A DNA stretch of 64,000 nt. Origin: Hungateiclostridiaceae bacterium UBA1305. GTDB lineage: Bacteria; Bacillota; Clostridia; Acetivibrionales; DTU013. Both the position numbers and the translations under genes were made by a program. Below are positions 36,987 to 46,085 of this stretch, piece by piece; the stretch's first letter is position 1; every line of letters begins with the position of its first letter. Location: the NCBI GenBank assembly GCA_002307275.1, contig DBTX01000072.1, forward strand, positions 57,454 through 121,453, read 5' to 3'. Below the pieces are notes generated by a model that had not been told where the DNA came from, did no database searches, and saw only the letters and a program-made list of their open reading frames with translations.

Positions 36987-39446
36987 TTGTATAGAAATGG
37001 CAAATTGGGTCAAAAAGGTCAAATCACAGTCTTTTCAGTAATCATCTTACTTGCGGTAATGATTCTTGCAGGAGTACTTGTGGACATTTCACGGATCAGT
37101 GCGGGACGATCTATTGTCAAAGGTGCAGCGAATACTGCGGCTGAATCGCTGCTTGCGGAATACGGCAGCAGACTGAAGGAGGATTATGGAATATTTGCCA
37201 TGCCAACAACAGATAAAAATGAATTGGAAGACCGGTTCGAAGAATATCTGACCTGCAATCTTTCCATACCTGGCGAAGAGGCATTTTACAGTGGAAATGT
37301 GGATCTGTTCGGCTTCAGGCTGGAGAGAATCAGCGTTACACCTGTTTTTAACCTCAGTGAGAATAATGTTACAAAGCAACAGATATTGGAATATATGAAG
37401 TACAGGGCTCCCACAGAGCTGGTTGAAGGCTTTGTCGAAAAATTGTCCGCAATGAAGGATGTTGGCAAAATGTCTGCCGCTTATAAGAAAAAAGTAGGAA
37501 TCGATAAAATATTGGGTGGTATGGACAAGTCCCAGCAAAAGCTGAAGAAATTCGTCGATGGGTTGGGTAGCACAGTTGAAAAATATATAAATGGTTTTAA
37601 TTCGGGCGGGAGCTGGGAGGCGGCATTCAACAGCTTCAACTCGCTTTCAGGGGATCTTTCCTCCATCAGCAGCAGCCTTGATTCAATCAATACCAGAATC
37701 AATAAACTCGAAGAACAGTTGAGCCAGGAAGAAAAAGAAGCGAAAAACAGTGCAAAGGATTCGGAATCCGATTCCGAAAACGATGAATCGGATTCCGAAA
37801 CTCAAAGTGCGGCATCAATGACGAAAGCGCTCCTCGATCGTTTAAATACCGAGCGCTCCTCGCTGAAGCAGGATTTCTCAGATACAAACAGTAATTTGAA
37901 GAACGTGTGGAATGAGATCAGATATTCTCTGACAGGGGATTATGTCAAGGTAAATGAGAATGCTGTAAATGAGATAGAAAAGATAGTGGAGAAGGGGAAA
38001 AAAGCTCAACTTGCCATTGTTGATCTGGAAAATTATATCAACAGCAATTTCGGTAGCGATACAGGAGAATTTTCCAAAGACTTCAGGGAACAGACCCAGT
38101 CTGAACTGGATAAGCTTAAAGCGCTTATACTCGATGGTCAAAAAGCGGAAGAAATGTTGAATAAGGTTAAAAGCAACAGCGTATTGCTGAATGAGATCGT
38201 TCAAAAGCTGGATACCGCACGAAATGGGATGGAATCGACAGCATCAGCAGTCGGTCTTCCCTCCGGATTGCTTGAACTCATCAAAAACTATGCAACTGTC
38301 ATTTATGATTATTCAAAACCGGATAAGGGTGATAAGAAGGATGATCCAAGGAATGGGAAGGTAGAGGCTGTCAAGAATTTTATCACCGAAAAGGTTCTGA
38401 AGGATGTCAATTATACAACGGAAGGAATCGTGACGGAAGATCTTCCTTCATATACAAAGGCTATAACGCCAGACTTTGAGCAGGAGGATAATGAATTCGC
38501 AGGCGGGCAGCAGGTCGTGCAGGAAAATGCCTCTATTACAGGCGCAGAGGCTGAATATGACGGAAATCTGGAAAATATCAGTGAAGAGGCGGATTTGTAT
38601 GATGAAGAAGGAATGTTTCAGGAAAATGCGCTCGGCTTCATATCAGATATAGGAAACATGGTCTCGGAAAATGTTGCTGATCTGAGAGATAATATCTATT
38701 TGAACGAATACATCATGGGAACCTTTAAAACCTCAGTTCCCGAGGTCATACAACAGAATGAAACCATCAAGGATACGAATTTCCATGGCGATGAAAAATC
38801 AAAGCTAACAACGTTTTATGACAGCGAAGTGGAATATGTACTTCACGGGAACGCTTCACAAAAGCTGAATAACATCATGATCAAAGGGGAGCTTCTGCTG
38901 GTAAGGTTCGGTCTGAATACACTGCATGTATACACCGATGCAAAAAAGAAAACAATGGCCACCAGCGTCGCAACTGCTGTAGCAGGCTGGTGGACAGGCG
39001 GAGCGGGCATACCGGTCATATCGAACCTGGTAATTTGCGGCTGGGGCTTGGGCGAATCATTACTCGATCTCCAGGAACTCATGGCGGGAAAATCAGTTCC
39101 AATTTACAAGATGAAAGGGGATTGGCGGCTTGATATCGGACTTCCGTCCGAAGCAACACCCAAAACCGATAAAAGGCTTTATTTCAATTATTATGATTAT
39201 CTGAGACTGTTCCTGCTGACAATGGATGAAAATAAAAAGCTGAACAGAGTGGAAGATCTGATCCAGCTCAATATCGACAAATCAAAAAGTGGTTTTAAGA
39301 TGTCTGGAAGCAGTACCTATGTTCGAATTGAAGCGGAGGTTTCCATGAAATATCTGTTTATCACACAGCCATTCGTACAAAAGACATTAAAAACGAATGA
39401 CGGCAGGTACTTATTCAAAGTACTTCTGTATGAGGGATATCAATGA
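36987..39446 (+). CDS. Large TadG-like / DUF5702-like protein (819 aa)
   Basis: N-terminus GQITVFSVIILLAVMILAGVLVDISRISAGR (TadG type). Coiled-coil/acidic Ser-rich middle. C-terminal segment AVAGWWTGGAGIPVISNLVICGWGLG. TTG start after GGAGGGG. Confidence 0.5.
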   Translation: MYRNGKLGQKGQITVFSVIILLAVMILAGVLVDISRISAGRSIVKGAANTAAESLLAEYGSRLKEDYGIFAMPTTDKNELEDRFEEYLTCNLSIPGEEAFYSGNVDLFGFRLERISVTPVFNLSENNVTKQQILEYMKYRAPTELVEGFVEKLSAMKDVGKMSAAYKKKVGIDKILGGMDKSQQKLKKFVDGLGSTVEKYINGFNSGGSWEAAFNSFNSLSGDLSSISSSLDSINTRINKLEEQLSQEEKEAKNSAKDSESDSENDESDSETQSAASMTKALLDRLNTERSSLKQDFSDTNSNLKNVWNEIRYSLTGDYVKVNENAVNEIEKIVEKGKKAQLAIVDLENYINSNFGSDTGEFSKDFREQTQSELDKLKALILDGQKAEEMLNKVKSNSVLLNEIVQKLDTARNGMESTASAVGLPSGLLELIKNYATVIYDYSKPDKGDKKDDPRNGKVEAVKNFITEKVLKDVNYTTEGIVTEDLPSYTKAITPDFEQEDNEFAGGQQVVQENASITGAEAEYDGNLENISEEADLYDEEGMFQENALGFISDIGNMVSENVADLRDNIYLNEYIMGTFKTSVPEVIQQNETIKDTNFHGDEKSKLTTFYDSEVEYVLHGNASQKLNNIMIKGELLLVRFGLNTLHVYTDAKKKTMATSVATAVAGWWTGGAGIPVISNLVICGWGLGESLLDLQELMAGKSVPIYKMKGDWRLDIGLPSEATPKTDKRLYFNYYDYLRLFLLTMDENKKLNRVEDLIQLNIDKSKSGFKMSGSSTYVRIEAEVSMKYLFITQPFVQKTLKTNDGRYLFKVLLYEGYQ

Positions 39447-40792
39447 ATTCAATCGGCATATTTTGCAAATCTGATCACATTGCAGTGATGGAAAAAGGTA
39501 ATATGCGAAAGGGCGCCATGACCGTGGAGGCCGCGCTGGTATTGCCCGTATTGCTGAGTGTTTTTCTGTCGATCATTTTCATCATAAAGGCAGTATCTGC
39601 ATATGAATTGGTTGATTATGCACTGAAGGAGACTGCATCCGAGATCGCTTCGGCAAGCTATATTTACCATGTTAGTGGAATCAGGGACCTACATGATACT
39701 GTAAGAAATAGTTTAAATGATAAATCCGAGGTGTTTAAAGAGCAAATAGGTACCGTTTTTGATACCTATGACAGCCTAAAGAGTGTGAAAAGTAGCCTGG
39801 GTCAAGGCCTGAAGGGGATTGAAGACAGCACGGCATTATTACAGGATGCTGACCAAAGCTTCAGCGAAATGCTGGGTTCTGCTGAAAGTGCGGTTTCCGA
39901 CCCCCTTCAGGAATTGAAAAGCATTGCATGTTATATTGCAAGCGGTGCATTTGACGATGCCAAAACACAACTGTTTACTCCTGTTTTAAAGCATACCATG
40001 AAAAAATATTTTATCACGGAAGATATTACAGATGCCGATGAAAGATTAAAGCTGCTTAATATAGTGGATGGCTATGATGGCCTTGATTTCACTGAATCTT
40101 CGTTTTTGGCCGATCAGGATGAAAATATAGATATCGTTGTACAATACACGATACGTTTGCCTTTACCCGTTCAATTCATTTCAGGGTTGAATATTACACA
40201 GCGGACCAAAGTCAAAGCGTGGATGGGCGGAGATGAAACTACCGGCGTACTTGACGGAAGTGATGCGGATGATCTCTGGTCACTGAGCAATTTTCAAAGG
40301 GGTTTGAAAATCCGTAGCTTGTTCGGTGGCAATCTTCCGTCGAATTTTCCTGTCATAGCCAGTTTCTCGAATGGAAAGGCAGTTATGATAAAGAGTATCG
40401 ATATGACAGCTGCAAGTTATCAAAAAGGAGATAATGCCGAAGAGCTTTTGAATGAATATATTGACGAGCTGGCTGAATTCAAAGGGCAGGAAAAGCCATG
40501 GGGAAGCGATAATATTATCATTAACATAGAGAAAATAAAGAGTAAGGAATTGTTGCTGGTCATCCCACAAAATGAGCTGACACAGGTGAATGAAAACCTG
40601 CTGGCTTCTTTGGCTTCAAAGGCGGAAGCAAAGGGTATTACTCTTGTTATAAAGCGTTATGGCACGAAGGCTGTTGCGGAAGAAACAGGTGAGGAATCAG
40701 GATCAGAGTCGACAGATTCGGTCTCAAATGGAGCAGACGGAGCAGACGGGACATCAAACCAGGCAGCTCCGGCATCAGATACATCAGAATAG
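39443..40792 (+). CDS. TadE-like N-terminus fused to a ~300-aa domain of unknown function and an acidic tail
   Basis: MRKG|AMTVEAALVLPVLLSVFL. ATGA overlap with the upstream gene. The start could also be 39488 or 39503. Confidence 0.5.
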   Translation: MNSIGIFCKSDHIAVMEKGNMRKGAMTVEAALVLPVLLSVFLSIIFIIKAVSAYELVDYALKETASEIASASYIYHVSGIRDLHDTVRNSLNDKSEVFKEQIGTVFDTYDSLKSVKSSLGQGLKGIEDSTALLQDADQSFSEMLGSAESAVSDPLQELKSIACYIASGAFDDAKTQLFTPVLKHTMKKYFITEDITDADERLKLLNIVDGYDGLDFTESSFLADQDENIDIVVQYTIRLPLPVQFISGLNITQRTKVKAWMGGDETTGVLDGSDADDLWSLSNFQRGLKIRSLFGGNLPSNFPVIASFSNGKAVMIKSIDMTAASYQKGDNAEELLNEYIDELAEFKGQEKPWGSDNIIINIEKIKSKELLLVIPQNELTQVNENLLASLASKAEAKGITLVIKRYGTKAVAEETGEESGSESTDSVSNGADGADGTSNQAAPASDTSE

Positions 40793-40895
40793 AAGAAACA
40801 GGAAGAATTGTGGTTGATTTTTATTATATTTTATTATAAAATATTTTTACTGTATTAGTTTCCATAATTTAATAAGATGAGGAGAGATGAGAGAG

Positions 40896-42269
40896 ATGAG
40901 CAAGCTGAGTAAGAACGATGTCGTTAAGGTCCTTCTGGAGGAATCCGAAATTCCAAAACAATGGTACAATATTGTGGCAGACATGCCAAATAAACCGTCC
41001 CCGTACTATAGCCCTTTTACAAACAAATTGATGGCTCCCGAAGAAATGAAGGCAATTTTTCCTGATGCGCTGATTGCACAGGAAATGTCTGCTGAAAGAT
41101 ATATCGATATTCCGGACGAAGTGCGTGAAATGTACAAGCAGTGGAGACCATCCCCTTTATTCAGGGCAAAGGCTCTGGAAAAACTTTTGGATACTCCCGC
41201 AAGAATTTATTATAAATATGAAGGTGTAAATGCAACTGGCAGTCATAAGCTTAATTCCGCACTGGCACAGGCCTATTACAACAAACAGGCCGGTATCAAG
41301 CGTCTTGCGACAGAAACAGGAGCCGGACAGTGGGGAAGTGCACTGAGTATGGCTTGCAATCATTTTGGAATGGAATGTACTGTTTATATGGTTAAGGTAA
41401 GTTATGAGCAAAAGCCATACAGACGTTCCTTCATGCAGACCTTCGGTGCAAGTGTTCATTCCAGCCCAAGTGTTCTTACAAATTCAGGAAGGATGATACT
41501 CGAAAGGGATCCAAAGTCTACAGGAAGCTTGGGAATAGCAATCAGTGAAGCTGTTGAGGATGCTGCAACACATGATGATACCAACTACGCACTTGGAAGT
41601 GTTTTGAACCATGTCTGCCTGCACCAGACCATCATTGGCCAGGAAGCAAAGAAGCAAATGGAGAAAATAGATGAATACCCGGATGTGGTCATTGCCTGCT
41701 GCGGTGGCGGATCAAACTTCTCCGGTATATCATTCCCGTTCCTTCAGGACAAATTCAAAGGGAAAAAAGTCAGAGCGCTCGCTGCAGAACCGTCAGCCTG
41801 CCCTACGCTTACAAAGGGCGTATTTGCATACGATTATGGCGATACTGCAAAAATGGCGCCTATTGCTAAAATGTATACGCTTGGCCATGATTTTACACCT
41901 GCCGGAATACATGCAGGCGGTCTGAGGTATCATGGAGAGTCAAGTATTGTAAGCCAGCTGTATGAGGATGGAATTATAGAAGCAGTTGCATATGGGCAAA
42001 AGCAGGTGTTCGATGCGGGTGTCATGTTCGCAAGAGCAGAGGGCATCGTACCGGCGCCGGAATCGTCTCATGCCATAAAGGCAGCGATCGAAGAAGCATT
42101 GAAGGCTAAAGAAGCCGGTGAAGAAAAGGTTATTCTCTTCAACCTTAGCGGACATGGATATTTTGATATGTCCTCCTATGATATGTATTTCAGCGGTACA
42201 ATGGTAGACGTTGAATATTCGTCAGAGGATGTAAAGAAGAGTATGGCTAAGCTTCCGCAAATAAAATAA
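40896..42269 (+). CDS. TrpB2-type tryptophan synthase beta-like PLP enzyme (stand-alone)
   Basis: PLP-lysine motif NATGSHKLNSA, GGGSNF and the long TrpB2 N-terminal extension. The ATG at 40896 follows GAGGAGAG. Confidence 0.85.
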   Translation: MSKLSKNDVVKVLLEESEIPKQWYNIVADMPNKPSPYYSPFTNKLMAPEEMKAIFPDALIAQEMSAERYIDIPDEVREMYKQWRPSPLFRAKALEKLLDTPARIYYKYEGVNATGSHKLNSALAQAYYNKQAGIKRLATETGAGQWGSALSMACNHFGMECTVYMVKVSYEQKPYRRSFMQTFGASVHSSPSVLTNSGRMILERDPKSTGSLGIAISEAVEDAATHDDTNYALGSVLNHVCLHQTIIGQEAKKQMEKIDEYPDVVIACCGGGSNFSGISFPFLQDKFKGKKVRALAAEPSACPTLTKGVFAYDYGDTAKMAPIAKMYTLGHDFTPAGIHAGGLRYHGESSIVSQLYEDGIIEAVAYGQKQVFDAGVMFARAEGIVPAPESSHAIKAAIEEALKAKEAGEEKVILFNLSGHGYFDMSSYDMYFSGTMVDVEYSSEDVKKSMAKLPQIK

Positions 42270-42366
42270 GTGCTTTGACAAGAGATTAATAAGGACAGCC
42301 AAATAAGGAGTAATCTGCTCTCCTCTGCAACAAGGATAAATAAAAGTCTGTTGGAGGGGAGCTTTT

Positions 42367-43779
42367 TTATGGGATGAATTGCATTGAGGCATCTGCCAGA
42401 TATGGTAATCCGATATTACTTTGCACCAGCAGGACATCAAGCTCTGATTTTCCCGGCGTAAGCATTTCAAATTGATAGGAATAAAATTTCGTATCCCCGA
42501 AACAGGCTAACATGTTATAGGAATCAAGAGTCAGTGTATAGGAGCCTTTATCCAGTATGAAGGCAGCAGTCCCGGCTGAATCCGTAAAAATACTTGTGGA
42601 TTGGTAAGCGGTATCTTGAGTACTGACATTTTCTATCTCGATCCCTACATTTGCCAAGGGCTTTTTTGTATTGCTGTCAACCATATGGACCTCAAGCAGA
42701 TAGACAAGATCATCGCGGGCATCCGTTACACGGTATATGGGGTTATTCTCCCACAATTGTGCAAGTGTCTGTCCCAGATTTCTTTGATAAAATTCATATT
42801 TGGTGGATTGTAAATTAATATAAAAGGTTATTCCTGAAACAAGTACGATTGTTAAAACTAAAACAGCCCTCCAATTTGAAACTGATTCATGGAATGATAA
42901 GGTTCCGTTTTTTTTGTTACAGAGAAAACGCTTATTTGTCAGGCTGGCTGCCTGAACACCAAGATAAAGAAGCATTCCAGAGAGGAGAACGTAAAATGTC
43001 AGTACATTTGCGAAATAAAAAATGTGGTCCGAGAGTAATCCTGATAATGATGACTGCAGAAAATCAATTTTGACAAGAGAATATCTGATAATACTATGAG
43101 GCAATAACTGAATCAACAGGCCGGCTGCCAAAGAGATCACACAGTAGAAAAAAGCTGATCTCAACAGCCAGTACTGAATTTCACCAGGTGCTTTTTTAAA
43201 CATATACACTATAATTATCGGGAGCAGGAACAGTAAGAAGATGGAGCCATGAACGAGTATGTACTGACAGAGGCTAACCAAATGAAGAACGCTCCAGATC
43301 CTGTTTTCTCCCATATACATGATGAGTACCTGAAGATTCACATTTTTCAAAGGCGCGGGACCGGTCAGATACAAATCAGGCAGTGAATTAGTCTCTCCTT
43401 TGAAATAACTCAGAAGTCCTTCGATCAGAGAGTTGACATTCAAACGCACCATTTTGTCGGATACATTATCTTCAACCAACGAATTTATCAGTGCCTTTTG
43501 CTGATCTATGACGCTGCCAGCCTCCTCAATGGAAAGAGCAGCGGAGTCCGAAGACGCTGATATTTTGGCGGTGAGGTCTTTTGCAGGGTTCCCTGCAAGT
43601 TCTGTAATGAGACTGTATGTCTCATATTTTTCAAAGGCTGTTTCATAATACTTGCTGTTAAAAATCGTGTCGTTAAGGAGCATGGAAAATGATGCAGTAA
43701 AAAGAAGCAAGGCTGTGATCAAACTGATTATAGATATTGAAAATTTACGTGATGCTTCAACTCCACCCGCACTATTCAT
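42367..43779 (-). CDS. Polytopic membrane protein with a C-terminal beta-sandwich-like domain; function unknown
   Basis: N-terminal TM helix, about 130-aa extracytoplasmic segment, 5-6 TM helices, then VHMVDSNTKKPLANVGIEIENV..DSAGTAAFILDKGSYTLTL (carboxypeptidase-regulatory-like pattern). Start at 43779 or 43821. Confidence 0.45.
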   Translation of the reverse strand: MNSAGGVEASRKFSISIISLITALLLFTASFSMLLNDTIFNSKYYETAFEKYETYSLITELAGNPAKDLTAKISASSDSAALSIEEAGSVIDQQKALINSLVEDNVSDKMVRLNVNSLIEGLLSYFKGETNSLPDLYLTGPAPLKNVNLQVLIMYMGENRIWSVLHLVSLCQYILVHGSIFLLFLLPIIIVYMFKKAPGEIQYWLLRSAFFYCVISLAAGLLIQLLPHSIIRYSLVKIDFLQSSLSGLLSDHIFYFANVLTFYVLLSGMLLYLGVQAASLTNKRFLCNKKNGTLSFHESVSNWRAVLVLTIVLVSGITFYINLQSTKYEFYQRNLGQTLAQLWENNPIYRVTDARDDLVYLLEVHMVDSNTKKPLANVGIEIENVSTQDTAYQSTSIFTDSAGTAAFILDKGSYTLTLDSYNMLACFGDTKFYSYQFEMLTPGKSELDVLLVQSNIGLPYLADASMQFIP

Positions 43780-44093
43780 ATGAAAACATGCCCCCCTGGT
43801 AAAGTGATCAGCTATATACAAAAAAATCCCAAAAAGAACATAGAGTACACATATATTCTCAAGCCAATTATAGCAGTTTTGTATTTTCCTTTCCTTGCAT
43901 AAATAATGGAATGTTTAGAACTGTCTCTCCTTATCCATTCCTGCAGAAGAAACGTCCCTTATCTTAACAGCTGGTCCTGATGGCATTTTAAGATATCACG
44001 GTTAATATAATAAATTGTGACGTTTGAGAAAAATAGTGAGGGTTGTATTTTGTTTATGACATGCAGATGTGCTGACAGGACAAGGAGGCTGAC

Positions 44094-46022
44094 ATGATGG
44101 GCGAGGGCGATATTTTCGGGATTATTCACAAAGACAGACAGGAACGGACGGCCAGACATTTTGAGGGGACGTTTCTTGATTACACGGCACTGGTGAAGAG
44201 GGAGCCTGACCTGGCGATACTTTCACATCAAAGAATTTTCAATCTGATATCCGAAGCCGGGGTGGAAGTGGTTAAGACGGATGAACATCCGCGCTTGAGA
44301 AGACTTTACGGAAATGATCTGATAAAGAGATATAAATTCTTTGAAGATTTTTATGGAATCGATAAAACGATCATGAAAATCGCAAGATATTTTCACTCCG
44401 CTGCAATGGCCGGAGAAGAATCCAGACAGGTGCTGTACATGGTAGGACCTGTTGGTTCCGGTAAATCGTCGTTAATGGAAGCATTAAAAAAGGCTCTTGA
44501 GGGCAGCAGGGAAATTTATGCACTCAAAGGCTGTCCTATGCGGGAAGAACCGCTGCATCTGGTGCCAAAACATTTGCGCCGGGAATTCGAGGAGATTCTG
44601 GGTGTAAGGATTGAAGGCGACCTATGTCCGATATGCCGGTACAGGCTGAAAAATGAATATAAAGGTGAGTATGAAAGCTTTCCTGTTGAGCAGATCGGGT
44701 TTTCAATCAGGTCAAGGAAGGGAATCGGCGTTGTGCCGCCGGTAGATCCGAATAATCAGGATACGAGTGTTCTGATTGGTAGTGTCGATATCTCCAGGAT
44801 CGACCTCTATTCAGAGGACGATCCGCGCGTGCTGTCGCTCAACGGTGCATTCAATGTCGGGAACAGAGGTATCGTAGAGTTTATTGAGGTTTTCAAGAAT
44901 GAGACGGAGTATCTGCATACGATGATTACGGCAACACAGGAAAAATCTGTACCGTCCCCGGGCAAAGGCTCGATGATCTATTTTGACGGGGTCATTCTGG
45001 CGCATTCAAATGAAGCCGAGTGGAACAAGTTCAAGTCGGATCATACAAACGAGGCGATCCTTGATCGCATTGTCAAAATCGAGATCCCATATTGCCTCGA
45101 ATTGAACGAGGAAATGAAAATATATGAGAAAATACTGCGAAAGAGCCGGTTCAAGGCACATATTGCACCTCACACGATAGAAGTGGCCTCTATGTTCGCG
45201 ATACTTACGAGGCTAACCCCATCCTCGAAGGTGGATCTGATGACAAAGCTCAAAATATATAATGGCGAGGAAATTGTAGAAAAAGGAATGACCCGAAAGA
45301 TCGACATACTTGAACTGCACGAGGAAGCATCAAGAGAAGGCATGGCAGGAATTTCAACAAGGTTCATCATGAAAGTCCTTGACACGACCTTGTCTGAATC
45401 CGAGCATGAATGTATCAACCCGATCTCTGTCATGGAGACGATCGTGAAATCGGTAAAGGAGCTTGCAATCAGCGATGAGGAGAAGAACAAGTATGTGAGG
45501 TTTGTACAGGATTCGATCAAGAAGGAATATAACAGAATACTTGAAAAGGAAGTTACAAAGGCGTTCATCTATGGATACAGGGAACAGGCGGAAAGCCTCT
45601 TCAATAATTATCTCGATCACTCTGAGGCTTTTATCAATAAAACCCGGATAAAGGACCAAAATACCGGTGAAGAGCTTGAACCGGATGAGAAATTCATGAG
45701 ATCCATCGAAGAACAAATTGGCATTACTGAAGCCTCTGCCAAAGGCTTCAGGGGGGATGTGACGGCATATATGTTTTTTGTCCTCAGAAATGGAGGGAGA
45801 CTTGATTATAACAGCTATGAACCGTTGAAAGAGGCTATTGAGAAAAAATTGACGGCATCTGTAAAGGAATTGAGCAGAATCGTAACAAGAGCCAAGGTCA
45901 GGGACGAGGAACAGGATAAGAAATACAACGCAATGGTTGAGGAAATGAAGCGTAACGGCTATTGTGACCATTGCTGCAATGTTGTTCTTAAATACGGTGC
46001 AAACAATCTTTGGAAGGATTGA
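44094..46022 (+). CDS. prkA: PrkA-family AAA+ serine protein kinase
   Basis: Walker A GPVGSGKSS. High overall similarity to B. subtilis PrkA / E. coli YeaG. Confidence 0.9.
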   Translation: MMGEGDIFGIIHKDRQERTARHFEGTFLDYTALVKREPDLAILSHQRIFNLISEAGVEVVKTDEHPRLRRLYGNDLIKRYKFFEDFYGIDKTIMKIARYFHSAAMAGEESRQVLYMVGPVGSGKSSLMEALKKALEGSREIYALKGCPMREEPLHLVPKHLRREFEEILGVRIEGDLCPICRYRLKNEYKGEYESFPVEQIGFSIRSRKGIGVVPPVDPNNQDTSVLIGSVDISRIDLYSEDDPRVLSLNGAFNVGNRGIVEFIEVFKNETEYLHTMITATQEKSVPSPGKGSMIYFDGVILAHSNEAEWNKFKSDHTNEAILDRIVKIEIPYCLELNEEMKIYEKILRKSRFKAHIAPHTIEVASMFAILTRLTPSSKVDLMTKLKIYNGEEIVEKGMTRKIDILELHEEASREGMAGISTRFIMKVLDTTLSESEHECINPISVMETIVKSVKELAISDEEKNKYVRFVQDSIKKEYNRILEKEVTKAFIYGYREQAESLFNNYLDHSEAFINKTRIKDQNTGEELEPDEKFMRSIEEQIGITEASAKGFRGDVTAYMFFVLRNGGRLDYNSYEPLKEAIEKKLTASVKELSRIVTRAKVRDEEQDKKYNAMVEEMKRNGYCDHCCNVVLKYGANNLWKD

Positions 46023-46085
46023 GGCGCTTGCTGCAGACTTGATTTGATACAGACAGTTTTAAGAGGTGACAGGCGGAGGAAAGGT

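Noticed and set aside
40793-40895. Looked for a T-box or TRAP-type leader before trpB2
   Set aside because: No specifier or T-box sequence and no GAG/UAG triplet array is present, only an AT-rich spacer.
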